This document shows positions 24,601 through 32,978 of a stretch of 64,000 nucleotides of DNA, in pieces. Every line of letters starts with the position of its first letter. The first letter of the stretch is position 1. Under the pieces are notes generated by a model. It searched no databases. It worked only from the letters and a program-made list of their open reading frames with translations, and was not told the origin of the DNA. Where the stretch lies: the IMG/VR virus record IMGVR_UViG_3300044842_000325, positions 1 through 64,000 of that record. One strand, written 5' to 3'. Origin of the DNA: a virus (Duplodnaviria > Caudoviricetes). Both the position numbers and the translations under genes were made by a program.

Positions 24601-25021
24601 CTGTGCTGATCAGCGTCAAGCGCGAGCTGTTCAAGCCAGGGTAACCATTGGCCGTGTCTTTGTTAGCCGCTTGTTCGCAAGCGCGGATTTGCGAAAGCGC
24701 GTCGTTCATGGCCGCCGAGACTTGCTCGGACATGGGTTTTTTCAGGTCGGGTGTGTTGTCCACATTTTCCAGACCGATGTTCTTACGCGCTTGTGTGGCC
24801 TGCGCGCTGGTGTAAGTGACTTGGGTATCCGTACGTACCACGGCGCTACCGTCGCCCACCACGGCGTCAATTTTTTCGCGCGCTTGTTTGGCTTGTTTAG
24901 CCAGCGAAGGAATCAACCCAGCGGGGGTTTGTACATCCGTATTTTCATCACCGCCAGCCACCAAGCCAGCAATGGTCATGCTGTTTTTAAACCCAGCAAT
25001 CAGGTCGTCCATTTGAGACAT
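21641..25021 (-). CDS. Long tail fibre with internal duplications
   Basis: Anchor GDENTDVQTPAGLIPSLAK; NVDNT.D..KP.S motifs; repeated G.NTGDETQA.I..KLG; two copies of the DCGNWDAS...ESNLGYVPYNA.NPAGYIS..T..MVTTALGYTP block. Confidence 0.8.
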   Translation of the reverse strand: MSQMDDLIAGFKNSMTIAGLVAGGDENTDVQTPAGLIPSLAKQAKQAREKIDAVVGDGSAVVRTDTQVTYTSAQATQARKNIGLENVDNTPDLKKPMSEQVSAAMNDALSQIRACEQAANKDTANGYPGLNSSRLTLISTVNTTKGYLANNNTVARSWTLPSKDGVLATLADITGTNSGTNTGDETQASILQKLGISTLSGSNTGDFDSVVTVANAAALPNQGVPKRLYITLDLSTMYYWNGVGYQQLNVLVSDTNSVPEGTQNLYFTQLRAIQSVLTTYVAGTTGAVAASDTVVNAISKLQTQINGAVNDYVAKLLLKENLSNKATDFSTVNNTLYPSVQAVKTYADSLVVGLLKDCGNWDASTNAFPTTGGSGTGGAVKKGNMWYVSVAGTLGGVAVNVGDSFRALVDAPGQTAANWAVLESNLGYVPYNATNPAGYISGITGSMVTTALGYTPIKTTDKNAANGVVGLNGYAITVVNALGTISSKLTTDATAVRTWKLPDKDGTLATIDDLQGTSSGVNTGDETQASILQKLGISSISGVNTGDQTITLTGDVTGTGTGSFAATIAPNAVTLAKMTQVANGVMLGRASAGSGNIETLNATQVKALLTLDQVNNTSDANKPVSTAQQTALNLKENSANKAIDFSVVDNVKFPTTLAVKTLLDSRLTNVVVDCGNWDASGGTYPTTGGTGTSGAIKKGNLFFVSVAGTIGGIAVNIGDSIRALVDTPGQTAANWDILESNLGYVPYNASNPAGYISAITSGMVTTALGYTPVSPASKDASSGFPGLAGFKLNLKNNAGTVTSTLENNNTAIRTYVLPDKSGTLATTADITGTNSGTNTGDETQATILSKLGISSISGSNTGDETQASIKSKLGVSTLSGSNTGDETQASILQKLTYTPVNKGGDTMAGVLNFAPAASLASAATINLDSVLSNVVEITGNTTISAINLADGHMRFVRFASSLILTENNVIDLPTGSNIKTQAGDWAVFVGRASGVTQCLNYMTALGVPIFGNARERSRTVIANTASTVIDLNNGDGATVFKVYVQANTTLTFTNPPPSPNGEFFNFTVITINDATGGRAMSFGNTIQWAGGLLPPRTTTANAKDVWTFYVDDAAVYAGSLSIADQR

Positions 25022-25045
25022 GAGGTTTCCTTCAAAAACGGAAGG

Positions 25046-25540
25046 TTAAGGTTGCGGGAACAAATGGGCCAGTTGTTGGGTCAGGAACATGTTCAAGTCC
25101 GGTGCACTGGCTGGGATGCCATTGAGCACTGTAACTTCCGTGTTGCCTAACCACGCCAGCGAACTGTCCGTCGCACTTAAGGTAAACGTCAGCGGCACCC
25201 CTGTTTCGGTGTCCGGCATTGTGGTATTCGTAACATCTTCCGCGGTCATCTGGGCGTTCTTGATGACATTGATGGCGGCAAGCAATGTGTCGATGGTGAG
25301 ACGTTCTTCGTGAATGACTTCCACCACCCCCAACGCAGACAACCCAACGCGGGTGTAGAATAAGTCCACTTCGCCGCTGTAACCCGTCGCGCCTCCCTTG
25401 GCGCGCATCGTTACACGGGTGTTATGGTCATTGGCGTGTTCGACCAGCATCCCACTCAACCCCACCCGTTCTTGGGTCAAAGGGTAGGTGGGGTGGTTGC
25501 GTTCAGTGACCATTTGCAAAATACGATCGGTACTGGACAT
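25046..25540 (-). CDS. Fibre adaptor/attachment protein
   Basis: HNTRVTMRA....GYSGEVDLFYTRV; paralog of 18648..19139; directly upstream of a fibre gene. Confidence 0.65.
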   Translation of the reverse strand: MSSTDRILQMVTERNHPTYPLTQERVGLSGMLVEHANDHNTRVTMRAKGGATGYSGEVDLFYTRVGLSALGVVEVIHEERLTIDTLLAAINVIKNAQMTAEDVTNTTMPDTETGVPLTFTLSATDSSLAWLGNTEVTVLNGIPASAPDLNMFLTQQLAHLFPQP

Positions 25541-25571
25541 GGGAATTCCTTGGTTGACAACAAAAAAAGAA

Positions 25572-25618
25572 GCACCCCACCCTTACTCGCCCGAGAAAGG
25601 AAAGTAAGGGTGGGGTGC
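25572..25618 (-). terminator. Intrinsic terminator
   Basis: 16-bp stem GCACCCCACCCTTACT / AGTAAGGGTGGGGTGC with a T7 tract on the minus strand. Confidence 0.8.
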
Positions 25619-25672
25619 GCTCTTCAAAAGCTAAGCAGAACACAGACCTCCGCTTACGGTCTTGGCCAGAGA

Positions 25673-26245
25673 TTACGCCGACGGGTTGGGGAAGCTGAAC
25701 CCGTTCAAGATTTTGTCGCCATACAGCGTCTCGTGGTAATCCGGCAGGACAAAGCCGCTGAGCAGATTCTGCGTCAGGTAATCACTGATGATCGTCTTTC
25801 CGCCGATACCCGACAACACCAACATGCCGATGTAAACGTACGACGCTGGTTTGGCCCGCAACACGAAGTTGTGGTCATTCAGGGTCGGGTCGTTCAGATC
25901 AGGCAGGATATCGTCGTAGTAATCTTCGGGTTGCAGATTGATGCGGTACGCTTCGTTGATCTTGGGGACCACGTCTTTCATGGTCTTGCACCCCGTCAGA
26001 TCGAACGCGGTGCTGCGCAGTCCCGGGATGATGGCCATGTCGACACGGTTGTACGACAAGTCGCGGGTACCGGAATACGGACTGCTGGGCACGGCTGTGA
26101 TGGTCACACCCGTGTTGCGATTACCCGAGGTCAGTACCTTAACAGGACCGTACAAAATGTCCGCGGGGGAGAGCGCACAACCGTTGGTGAAGTTAATCAG
26201 ATCAGTGATGATCTCCAACGGCATTTTGGTGAAATCTGTCGCCAT
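25673..26245 (-). CDS. Third paralog of the fibre adaptor family (virion structural)
   Basis: DLINFTN...RNTGVTITA..SSPYSGTRDLSYNRVD...INEAYRINL...DYYD. Confidence 0.65.
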   Translation of the reverse strand: MATDFTKMPLEIITDLINFTNGCALSPADILYGPVKVLTSGNRNTGVTITAVPSSPYSGTRDLSYNRVDMAIIPGLRSTAFDLTGCKTMKDVVPKINEAYRINLQPEDYYDDILPDLNDPTLNDHNFVLRAKPASYVYIGMLVLSGIGGKTIISDYLTQNLLSGFVLPDYHETLYGDKILNGFSFPNPSA

Positions 26246-26316
26246 ACTGGCTCCTCATGAGGACTACATGTCGGCAGGTGGATAAAAAGATATCTTGGGC
26301 ATACAATAAAAGCCCA

Positions 26317-27678
26317 TTACGCTTCAGCGTCTGCTGTCAAGGCTTTGACAAATACGCTCAAGGTCATGGTGCTGATAAAACGCCGCGCTGTCACACCCGG
26401 GTCCCGCAGACTCGTATACCAGTGCGCTCCCTGCAATACCCCTTCCAGCTCCTTGACCTCATCCCCATCCAAGTACATCACCCGGGTTGGCATACCTGGA
26501 TAGATCACGCTTGGATCGGCATTTTCCCACACCAGATTAATCCCGCTTCCCTGTCTGGCTGCCAGCGCCGAATACTCCACGAATGGATTGGCATTCACCG
26601 GGCGTTTACCTTGAGTGACGTAGTTAATGTCATTCGGGCGTTCGTTGGCCAAAATCTCCGTATTGCTCTTCGCGCGGGCCGCTACTGCTTTGTTCCCTTT
26701 GACCGTCACGAAGTTATTTAACAGCTGATCGGCATCGGCAAAACGCACCCCATTACCACCATTGAGCTGGGCGATATTGCGCAGATCCTTGAAGTTGGTT
26801 TTCCCAGTCGCCAATACCACCAGATTGTCACCGTCCTGGCGATAGGTCCGCTCGATACCGGGCAAACGATGCGTGGGTACGTTGATAATGGTCAAGGTTG
26901 GACCGCCATCTTGAAACCGGGTAGTGTCATACACCGGAAACACGTACCACGTTTTATCTTGCAGATAGTAACCCAACCCTGACGAATATACGCCACCACA
27001 ATGGTAATGCACGTGATGTGGGACATGCACAATGGGGACCGTGTGCGGGATGATGATGGATGAGCGCTTGGCCTTGTTCGACGCTGGTACCATGTTCACA
27101 CCTTTGACAGCTTGGGTGTCGTCCACCTTAGCTTGTTGCGACACCCGCGCCAGCTCCGCTTTGATCACATCTTCAACGGTCATATCGCGATAAATCGCCC
27201 CCGTCGGAATCGTACGGATCTGATCCAACGCTTGGTTGAGCAACTGAAACTTAACCCGCAAGATGTCGATGCGGTTCAAATCTTCTTCACTGGTCACGCT
27301 CCCAACAGCGTTTTCGACGATCGGGTTACCAGTGTCCACCATGACGGCTGTGAAACGCTGCACATCCACAGCGCTATCAAGATCCACCCGATCACTGCTT
27401 TCGCCGATCGTGATCCGCTTCAGTTCAATCTCGACATTGTTGATGTTGGGGTACAAACGTTTAGCGTAAGTGCCCAACGGAATGTAAAGATCGACCAACG
27501 TGTAATCGGTGTAGTTGTGCAGATAGTCACGGTTGATATCAATCGACATCAACTTAAACGGGGTGATGACTTCTTCCCCCGCGTAAATCGTGACATCCCA
27601 CATCTGGTGCACTTCTTTCGCGCCGGATTCGACCACAGCCTGGACTTCCCGCCACAAGGAGCTTTTCTGGATATCCAT
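26317..27678 (-). CDS. Virion structural protein, probable baseplate hub (phiKZ gp101-like)
   Basis: Size and position at the end of the core structural block; beta-rich; C-terminal W.NADP..IYPGMP pattern. Confidence 0.5.
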   Translation of the reverse strand: MDIQKSSLWREVQAVVESGAKEVHQMWDVTIYAGEEVITPFKLMSIDINRDYLHNYTDYTLVDLYIPLGTYAKRLYPNINNVEIELKRITIGESSDRVDLDSAVDVQRFTAVMVDTGNPIVENAVGSVTSEEDLNRIDILRVKFQLLNQALDQIRTIPTGAIYRDMTVEDVIKAELARVSQQAKVDDTQAVKGVNMVPASNKAKRSSIIIPHTVPIVHVPHHVHYHCGGVYSSGLGYYLQDKTWYVFPVYDTTRFQDGGPTLTIINVPTHRLPGIERTYRQDGDNLVVLATGKTNFKDLRNIAQLNGGNGVRFADADQLLNNFVTVKGNKAVAARAKSNTEILANERPNDINYVTQGKRPVNANPFVEYSALAARQGSGINLVWENADPSVIYPGMPTRVMYLDGDEVKELEGVLQGAHWYTSLRDPGVTARRFISTMTLSVFVKALTADAEA

Positions 27679-27689
27679 CCTTCACTCCT

Positions 27690-28403
27690 TTATTTCCACT
27701 GCGAACCCAGCAGGCGGCGATCTTCGAACAACTTGGCCAGACTGGTACGGGTGGGTAAGGTCGGGTCCTCGACGATTGGATCGAGTGGCACCAATCCGTT
27801 TTCCAATGCCGTGGGTTCGACTTTGGGTTGTTCTGCCAACGTACCGTACTGACGACCAAATGCCGATCCGCCCGGCACTTTCTCGACGGGTGGTTCAGGC
27901 GTGAGCTGTTTATTGCGCAGCTTATCGTTCAACCGTGCAAATGGATCACGGGCCCGCGCGCGCCGGGCAAAGCCAGCGTGTTGCAAATTATCGCGCAAAC
28001 CATGACGCGCATGCTGGAAGACGGCGTCCGCGAATTGATCCAACCGCGCCAACTCAGCCATGGTCTGCGGATCACCCTCGACGTTCTCCGAAGTGGTGAA
28101 CAGGGATTGCATCGCCGTCAAGTGGTTCTGTACCAGCTTGTAAACTTCTTGGCAATCCTCGCGACGGACAAACTTGACTGGGTAGCCACTGGCGAAGTGA
28201 GCTTCCAGTTTAGAAATCGGCAACATCACGATCTGTTCGTACTTATCGAGTTCCCGATCCATGTCTTCGTGACCGGTCGACGGCGTACCGTACAGCTTGA
28301 TTTCTTCCGCGGTACGCAGGTGGTGCGGATTGACCCGCACTTGGAATAGCTTGTTAAAGAGGTACCATGCGGTGGTACGATCTTTTTCAGGGACGTAACC
28401 CAT
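27690..28403 (-). CDS. Conserved phiKZ-like hypothetical protein
   Basis: ATG at 28403 overlaps the upstream TAA (TAATG), indicating translational coupling. Confidence 0.6.
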   Translation of the reverse strand: MGYVPEKDRTTAWYLFNKLFQVRVNPHHLRTAEEIKLYGTPSTGHEDMDRELDKYEQIVMLPISKLEAHFASGYPVKFVRREDCQEVYKLVQNHLTAMQSLFTTSENVEGDPQTMAELARLDQFADAVFQHARHGLRDNLQHAGFARRARARDPFARLNDKLRNKQLTPEPPVEKVPGGSAFGRQYGTLAEQPKVEPTALENGLVPLDPIVEDPTLPTRTSLAKLFEDRRLLGSQWK

Positions 28404-29767
28404 TACATTCTCCGAAGAGCACCACGCACCATCGCCAGCAAGAACGGGATTTGATAAAACTGATCCAGTGGCGCCCAGCTCGTGTAACTGACACACAGTT
28501 GCAGCAAGAGCTTAAGCGGGATCGCTTTGTCATCCAGGTAATTCTGGAAGGCCAGTTCCAGCGCCGATTGACCGGGGCTAGTGCGTTGATAAAATTGAGG
28601 GGAAAACACATACGTATCGGCATTCGAACGATTGATCGCCGGTGCCTCGAAACTGGGCAGACCGTTCAGATCATCGATCTGGATCAGGTCAAACAGATCC
28701 ACCAGCTGGGTGTGGGTCGGTTTGATGACCACCGAACTCAGCAGTTTGGTTTGATTACCATGTTCGTAATCAAGAGGTGTGAACGTCGGGATCGGATAAA
28801 CCACGAAGTCCACACCCGCATAACGCACACTGTTTAGCACCGGGTCACGCGAGAACGCGCGGCAGTTCACCAGACCCACCTTCTGCATCGAGCCGATCAA
28901 TTCCTTGCGTCGTTTCTTCAGCAACGCTGTCCAGATATTGGACACGTTGTAATTCTGGTCTTCATGCACGTTCAGTTCGCGAATCAGTTTGATGTTCGGA
29001 TGTTGCTCATCACGCAGCATCGCGAGCACGGCGCGGGTCAGAAACGGGTCGTATACCAGATTGTCTTGTCCCGGCAGAATCAGGGTACGCAGATCCCGGC
29101 TCATGAAGCGCGAGAAATAGTAGTCAACGATCTCGTCATGGTACACCTGGAGCTTGACGCTCAGCTGGTAGTCACTGATATCCATCAGTCCACGCTGACC
29201 GTTGTCCATCATACCCGTTGTCAGATGCAGGGTTTGCACAACCTTGCTGTTGAGGTCTTGGATACGGTTATCTTGTTCCGACCACGCCACGATCTTGTAA
29301 TCGACGATATAAGCGCCATCACGATAAATCGAGCGCTTCTCAGAACCGGTGATCTCAAACACGGCTTCCCGACCATCGCCCACGTCCGCGATGAAGCAAT
29401 CGCCTTCATTGGGCACCAGACCACACGGGTAGACATGTGCTTGCCCGGTGACATTGAACTCCTTGGTGTTCTGGTCTTGGGTGGTGTTAAGCGACGTGGT
29501 GACTTTAAACTCGAAGTCTTGGATCAGCTTGTACTGTTGATACGCGGCCGGTCGATCGAGGTTTTGACCCGACAGGGCGTTGTCCAATCCCAGCACTTGG
29601 CTGTAGTAATTCACCGTCCACGAAGCGCCTTCGATGTGAGTCAGCAGCGATGTGACGGCCTCGTAACGCGAGTTGACCGTCACTCCACGAAACTCCGGCG
29701 CAGTCACTTGGACCGGTACCGGCTTTTCGACGGGGGGTGTCAACGGAGTATCTTCAATAATCGGCAT
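28403..29767 (-). CDS. Virion structural protein (phiKZ gp99-like; neck/head-completion-like)
   Basis: LLTHIEGASWTVNYYSQVL, PNEGDCFIADVGDGR; gene order. Confidence 0.55.
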   Translation of the reverse strand: MPIIEDTPLTPPVEKPVPVQVTAPEFRGVTVNSRYEAVTSLLTHIEGASWTVNYYSQVLGLDNALSGQNLDRPAAYQQYKLIQDFEFKVTTSLNTTQDQNTKEFNVTGQAHVYPCGLVPNEGDCFIADVGDGREAVFEITGSEKRSIYRDGAYIVDYKIVAWSEQDNRIQDLNSKVVQTLHLTTGMMDNGQRGLMDISDYQLSVKLQVYHDEIVDYYFSRFMSRDLRTLILPGQDNLVYDPFLTRAVLAMLRDEQHPNIKLIRELNVHEDQNYNVSNIWTALLKKRRKELIGSMQKVGLVNCRAFSRDPVLNSVRYAGVDFVVYPIPTFTPLDYEHGNQTKLLSSVVIKPTHTQLVDLFDLIQIDDLNGLPSFEAPAINRSNADTYVFSPQFYQRTSPGQSALELAFQNYLDDKAIPLKLLLQLCVSYTSWAPLDQFYQIPFLLAMVRGALRRM

Positions 29768-29779
29768 GGTATTCTTTCG

Positions 29780-31324
29780 TTAAGCGTGACTGGTCTCGGC
29801 GAACAATGTCTGGACGGTCATCATCAATCCCGTCGGACCGTGGATCACGGGCGTGCGCACGGGGCGCAGGTTATTCACCGCGATGAGGAGACTGGTCTTG
29901 GAGACGAAGTTGTCATCGATCAGAGCGGGCAAGAAGCCTCGGGTCTTGAGCGACGGGTCGATCGCCATCAACATCATGATCGCTGCGCGCCCATGGTCCT
30001 GCAAACGCGTCAGCGCGCCACCCCGCAAGCTTTGCCAGTCGGTGAACAGACTGACTCGCAGATGGTGCTGCACACGGTAGTTGGTCGAGAGCAATCCCAC
30101 CACATTCAGATTCTCGTCCACCTTGAAGGGGGGCGGATCGTTGGCAATTAAGAACTCGTTCTTGTACAGCGCGAGATTGATCGCGCTCATTCCCGGTAAC
30201 GCCAGATAGTCCCGCTCGGCTTTCATGTAGGCCAAGATATCGGCATTGAACTTCCGACTTTTCAGATCGGCCAGATTCAAGAACTGATGAGGGTTGGTGT
30301 CATCGAGCGTGAACAGAATCGTCAGCAGCCGTTGAGTGCTGATCGGTGTCATCCGTGGCCAGAACTCATCAAAAGCGGGAATCGAGAAACCGAAGTCTTG
30401 GACTTGCTTATCACTCCATTGCGAGCCTTCCAGCGAATGGAAAATACGGGCAGTCATCGAATACGATTTCTCGACGTCCGTATGATCCTGCATCGGGACG
30501 TCACGGAATTTCTTATCCAGCATCTGGTTATGCACCATGATCGGATAAGTCATCTCGATAGCAGTGGGGCGGGCGTAGCGGAACTTGTAGTTAAACGAAA
30601 TCGTGTACGGTCCCGTGTCGCCTTCCTTTTGGGTTTCTTCCGGCGTCTCCCAATCGAACCAGCCTTGGATGCGCGTTTGTGTCTCCGGTACAGCCCAGAG
30701 TTCTGCCGTACCGGAAAGGTTCGTGAGCATCGTCATCTTGGGTGTGCGATGACTCTCGAAGTAGGTATCGAAGTCTTCTCCGTAACCGGCCACGTTTTCC
30801 CGCAGACGGTGAATTTCCTTCAGGATGTAGAGCAGCTCTTCAGGAATGCCGAATGCGTAGGTGACGTTGTGGATGTACAGCTCACGCTTTTGCGTCATCC
30901 GCGCTTTGACGTAGTCACGCCACTGCTGAGCAGCCGTCTTGTTGTTGGCCCGGTACTTGATACTGACAGTCGCTTCCATCTGGGCATAAATGGGTTTCAT
31001 GATTACCGACAGCGGTGCATCTTGAAACACGAGCAAGTTCTCAGGACGCTCAACCGCGTCGTTATGGCCCATATCACCGTAGTAACTCTCAGCGACTTCC
31101 ACGGTGATCTTGTCGTTATGGGCGAAGGTATTCGGATCGTCTTTCTCTACATCCGCGCCGATGGCGGAGTTAAGTTGCTTACTGCGTTCCACGTCGCCGA
31201 AGTAGACGATGTTGGTCTTCTTCGAAATGCCGGTCAGACCCATCAGCTGACGAATGACGTCGAGCATCACAGGGCGTGTAACGCTCTCGATGGTCTCCGG
31301 AATGGGTAGATTAATCATGGGCAT
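29780..31324 (-). CDS. Virion structural protein (phiKZ gp98-like)
   Basis: AGGA RBS before ATG 31324; motifs ESVTRP and YPIMVHNQ; gene order. Confidence 0.5.
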   Translation of the reverse strand: MPMINLPIPETIESVTRPVMLDVIRQLMGLTGISKKTNIVYFGDVERSKQLNSAIGADVEKDDPNTFAHNDKITVEVAESYYGDMGHNDAVERPENLLVFQDAPLSVIMKPIYAQMEATVSIKYRANNKTAAQQWRDYVKARMTQKRELYIHNVTYAFGIPEELLYILKEIHRLRENVAGYGEDFDTYFESHRTPKMTMLTNLSGTAELWAVPETQTRIQGWFDWETPEETQKEGDTGPYTISFNYKFRYARPTAIEMTYPIMVHNQMLDKKFRDVPMQDHTDVEKSYSMTARIFHSLEGSQWSDKQVQDFGFSIPAFDEFWPRMTPISTQRLLTILFTLDDTNPHQFLNLADLKSRKFNADILAYMKAERDYLALPGMSAINLALYKNEFLIANDPPPFKVDENLNVVGLLSTNYRVQHHLRVSLFTDWQSLRGGALTRLQDHGRAAIMMLMAIDPSLKTRGFLPALIDDNFVSKTSLLIAVNNLRPVRTPVIHGPTGLMMTVQTLFAETSHA

Positions 31325-31394
31325 GGTAGTGTTCCTAAGGGAAACGGATTTAGCGTCATAACATCCACGCCGTTCTAAGGGCATAAATAGACCA

Positions 31395-31413
31395 CCTGCC
31401 CTTGTGGGGCAGG
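31395..31413 (-). terminator. Hairpin after the internal head protein genes
   Basis: CCTGCCC-TTGTG-GGGCAGG preceded by GGCATAA. Confidence 0.5.
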
Positions 31414-31434
31414 CAGTCCATTCATGTGCCGTGA

Positions 31435-32877
31435 TTAGGCAGCGATGCCACCTGCGGCCGGTGCTGCCGCCGGAGCCGGTTTGTATTGGCTCAGCGACTT
31501 GTCGACCAGCACCAGGGTGGTGCGGCAGGTTTGGTAGATCTTCTTGGTGACCGGCATGGTCAGCTCCGTCATCCAGCGCGTGAGCGTGGTGTTGAAGTTG
31601 GCCAGGGCCTTCATGACGTCCAGCGCGTAGGCGCGTTCCATCTTGCCTGCTTCGTCGTTGCCGGCCAGTTTGCCGACTTCGCCCGCGGCGTGGTTGCCGC
31701 CGTCGATCAGGCTTTGACGCACGCTTTCCATGGCTTTGCCGTCGGCCGAGGTTTCGAATGCCACGACCTGCTTGACCAGCGCTTCGACTTGGTTCAGCGT
31801 CTGCTCCATTTCCGCGAACGTCATCGTAGCGAAGCCGTTCTTGGTATTGATGAGCGAAGCTTGGCCTTGACGAGCGCGCAGCTTCATGCCGCTGTTACGC
31901 AGCGCGGCGACGATCTGGGCGTCGCTCAGCTCCTTGGTCTTGTTCTTGTCCAGGCGGACAGGATCGACGTCGAAGCAGCCGAGGTAACCGGTCGGCGGGT
32001 TGCCGCCCCAGTTGGTGAAGTTGTTCTTCTGGAGACCGACAGCGACCGTCTTCAGAGCGGCAGCGGCGTTCTTCGGATCGAACTTCTTCAGTTCGGTGGC
32101 GACTTGCTCACCCATGGACTTGCAGTCCTTCAAGTAGTTGCCGAAGGCGTACTTGCCCAGGTTGCCCAGCTCGGTCAGACCCTTGGTCAGTTCCTTGGTG
32201 TTGTGCACCATGTACTCCGGATAGGAGATCGAGTTGGAACCGACCATGACCATCACGGTATCGGACGCCATCTTCAGGTTGGCAGCGTCCTTCTTGCGTT
32301 CGGCGACTTTCTCGCGCAGGACTTTCACGTTGTGCAGCAGACGCGGAGCGGCGTGGAAAATGCGAGCGAAGAATTCCTTGATGGTCTTCCAGATTTCCAG
32401 GCAGAACTGGCGGATACGTTGCCAGATTTCAGCGGCGCGCTTGCGGATATCGTCGACGAACGATTCCAGCGAGACCTTGCCTTCGACCACGTCAGCGGCG
32501 GTCGGGATCACGTCGTCCGGATCACCGTCCGAACCCGCCACGGCCATTTCCGACACGGTGTCGGTCAGCATGGCTTGTTGCGGCGTGATCGCATCGGTGG
32601 TTTCGAGCGTGTCGGCCACGTTCAGCATGACGTCGGTGACGTCTTCGACGCGGGTGGTTTCCTGCACGTCAGCGACGGCTTGCGCTTGCGCGGCATCGGC
32701 TTCTTGCAGATCGATGGTTTCTTCTTCCAGGCTCGGCACATGGCGGCCCGCCAGGATCTGATCGACCGACATCTCTTCGATCGACAGGGTGGGCTGGTTG
32801 CCCGGGGTATGGCCTTCGTTCGACGGCTTTACGGCCGGCGTCGTGAGGATACCCGGATTCTTTTGAAAGCGACGCAT
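31435..32877 (-). CDS. Internal head (inner-body/ejection) protein, phiKZ gp93-97-like paralog
   Basis: Acidic propeptide with S-x-E sites (SIE, SLE) before SFVDDIRKRAAEIW..I..F; highly biased codon usage. Confidence 0.7.
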   Translation of the reverse strand: MRRFQKNPGILTTPAVKPSNEGHTPGNQPTLSIEEMSVDQILAGRHVPSLEEETIDLQEADAAQAQAVADVQETTRVEDVTDVMLNVADTLETTDAITPQQAMLTDTVSEMAVAGSDGDPDDVIPTAADVVEGKVSLESFVDDIRKRAAEIWQRIRQFCLEIWKTIKEFFARIFHAAPRLLHNVKVLREKVAERKKDAANLKMASDTVMVMVGSNSISYPEYMVHNTKELTKGLTELGNLGKYAFGNYLKDCKSMGEQVATELKKFDPKNAAAALKTVAVGLQKNNFTNWGGNPPTGYLGCFDVDPVRLDKNKTKELSDAQIVAALRNSGMKLRARQGQASLINTKNGFATMTFAEMEQTLNQVEALVKQVVAFETSADGKAMESVRQSLIDGGNHAAGEVGKLAGNDEAGKMERAYALDVMKALANFNTTLTRWMTELTMPVTKKIYQTCRTTLVLVDKSLSQYKPAPAAAPAAGGIAA

Positions 32878-32926
32878 CACTTTGTCCTTTTAAGGAGTGT
32901 TCGGTATAATCGAAAAAAAGAAAACA

Positions 32927-32963
32927 ACCCCTTCACCCTCGGTTGCCCAGAGAGTGAAGGGGT
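32927..32963 (-). terminator. Intrinsic terminator
   Basis: ACCCCTTCAC / GTGAAGGGGT stem with a long T tract on the minus strand. Confidence 0.75.
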
Positions 32964-32978
32964 GTTACCTAAACCCGA

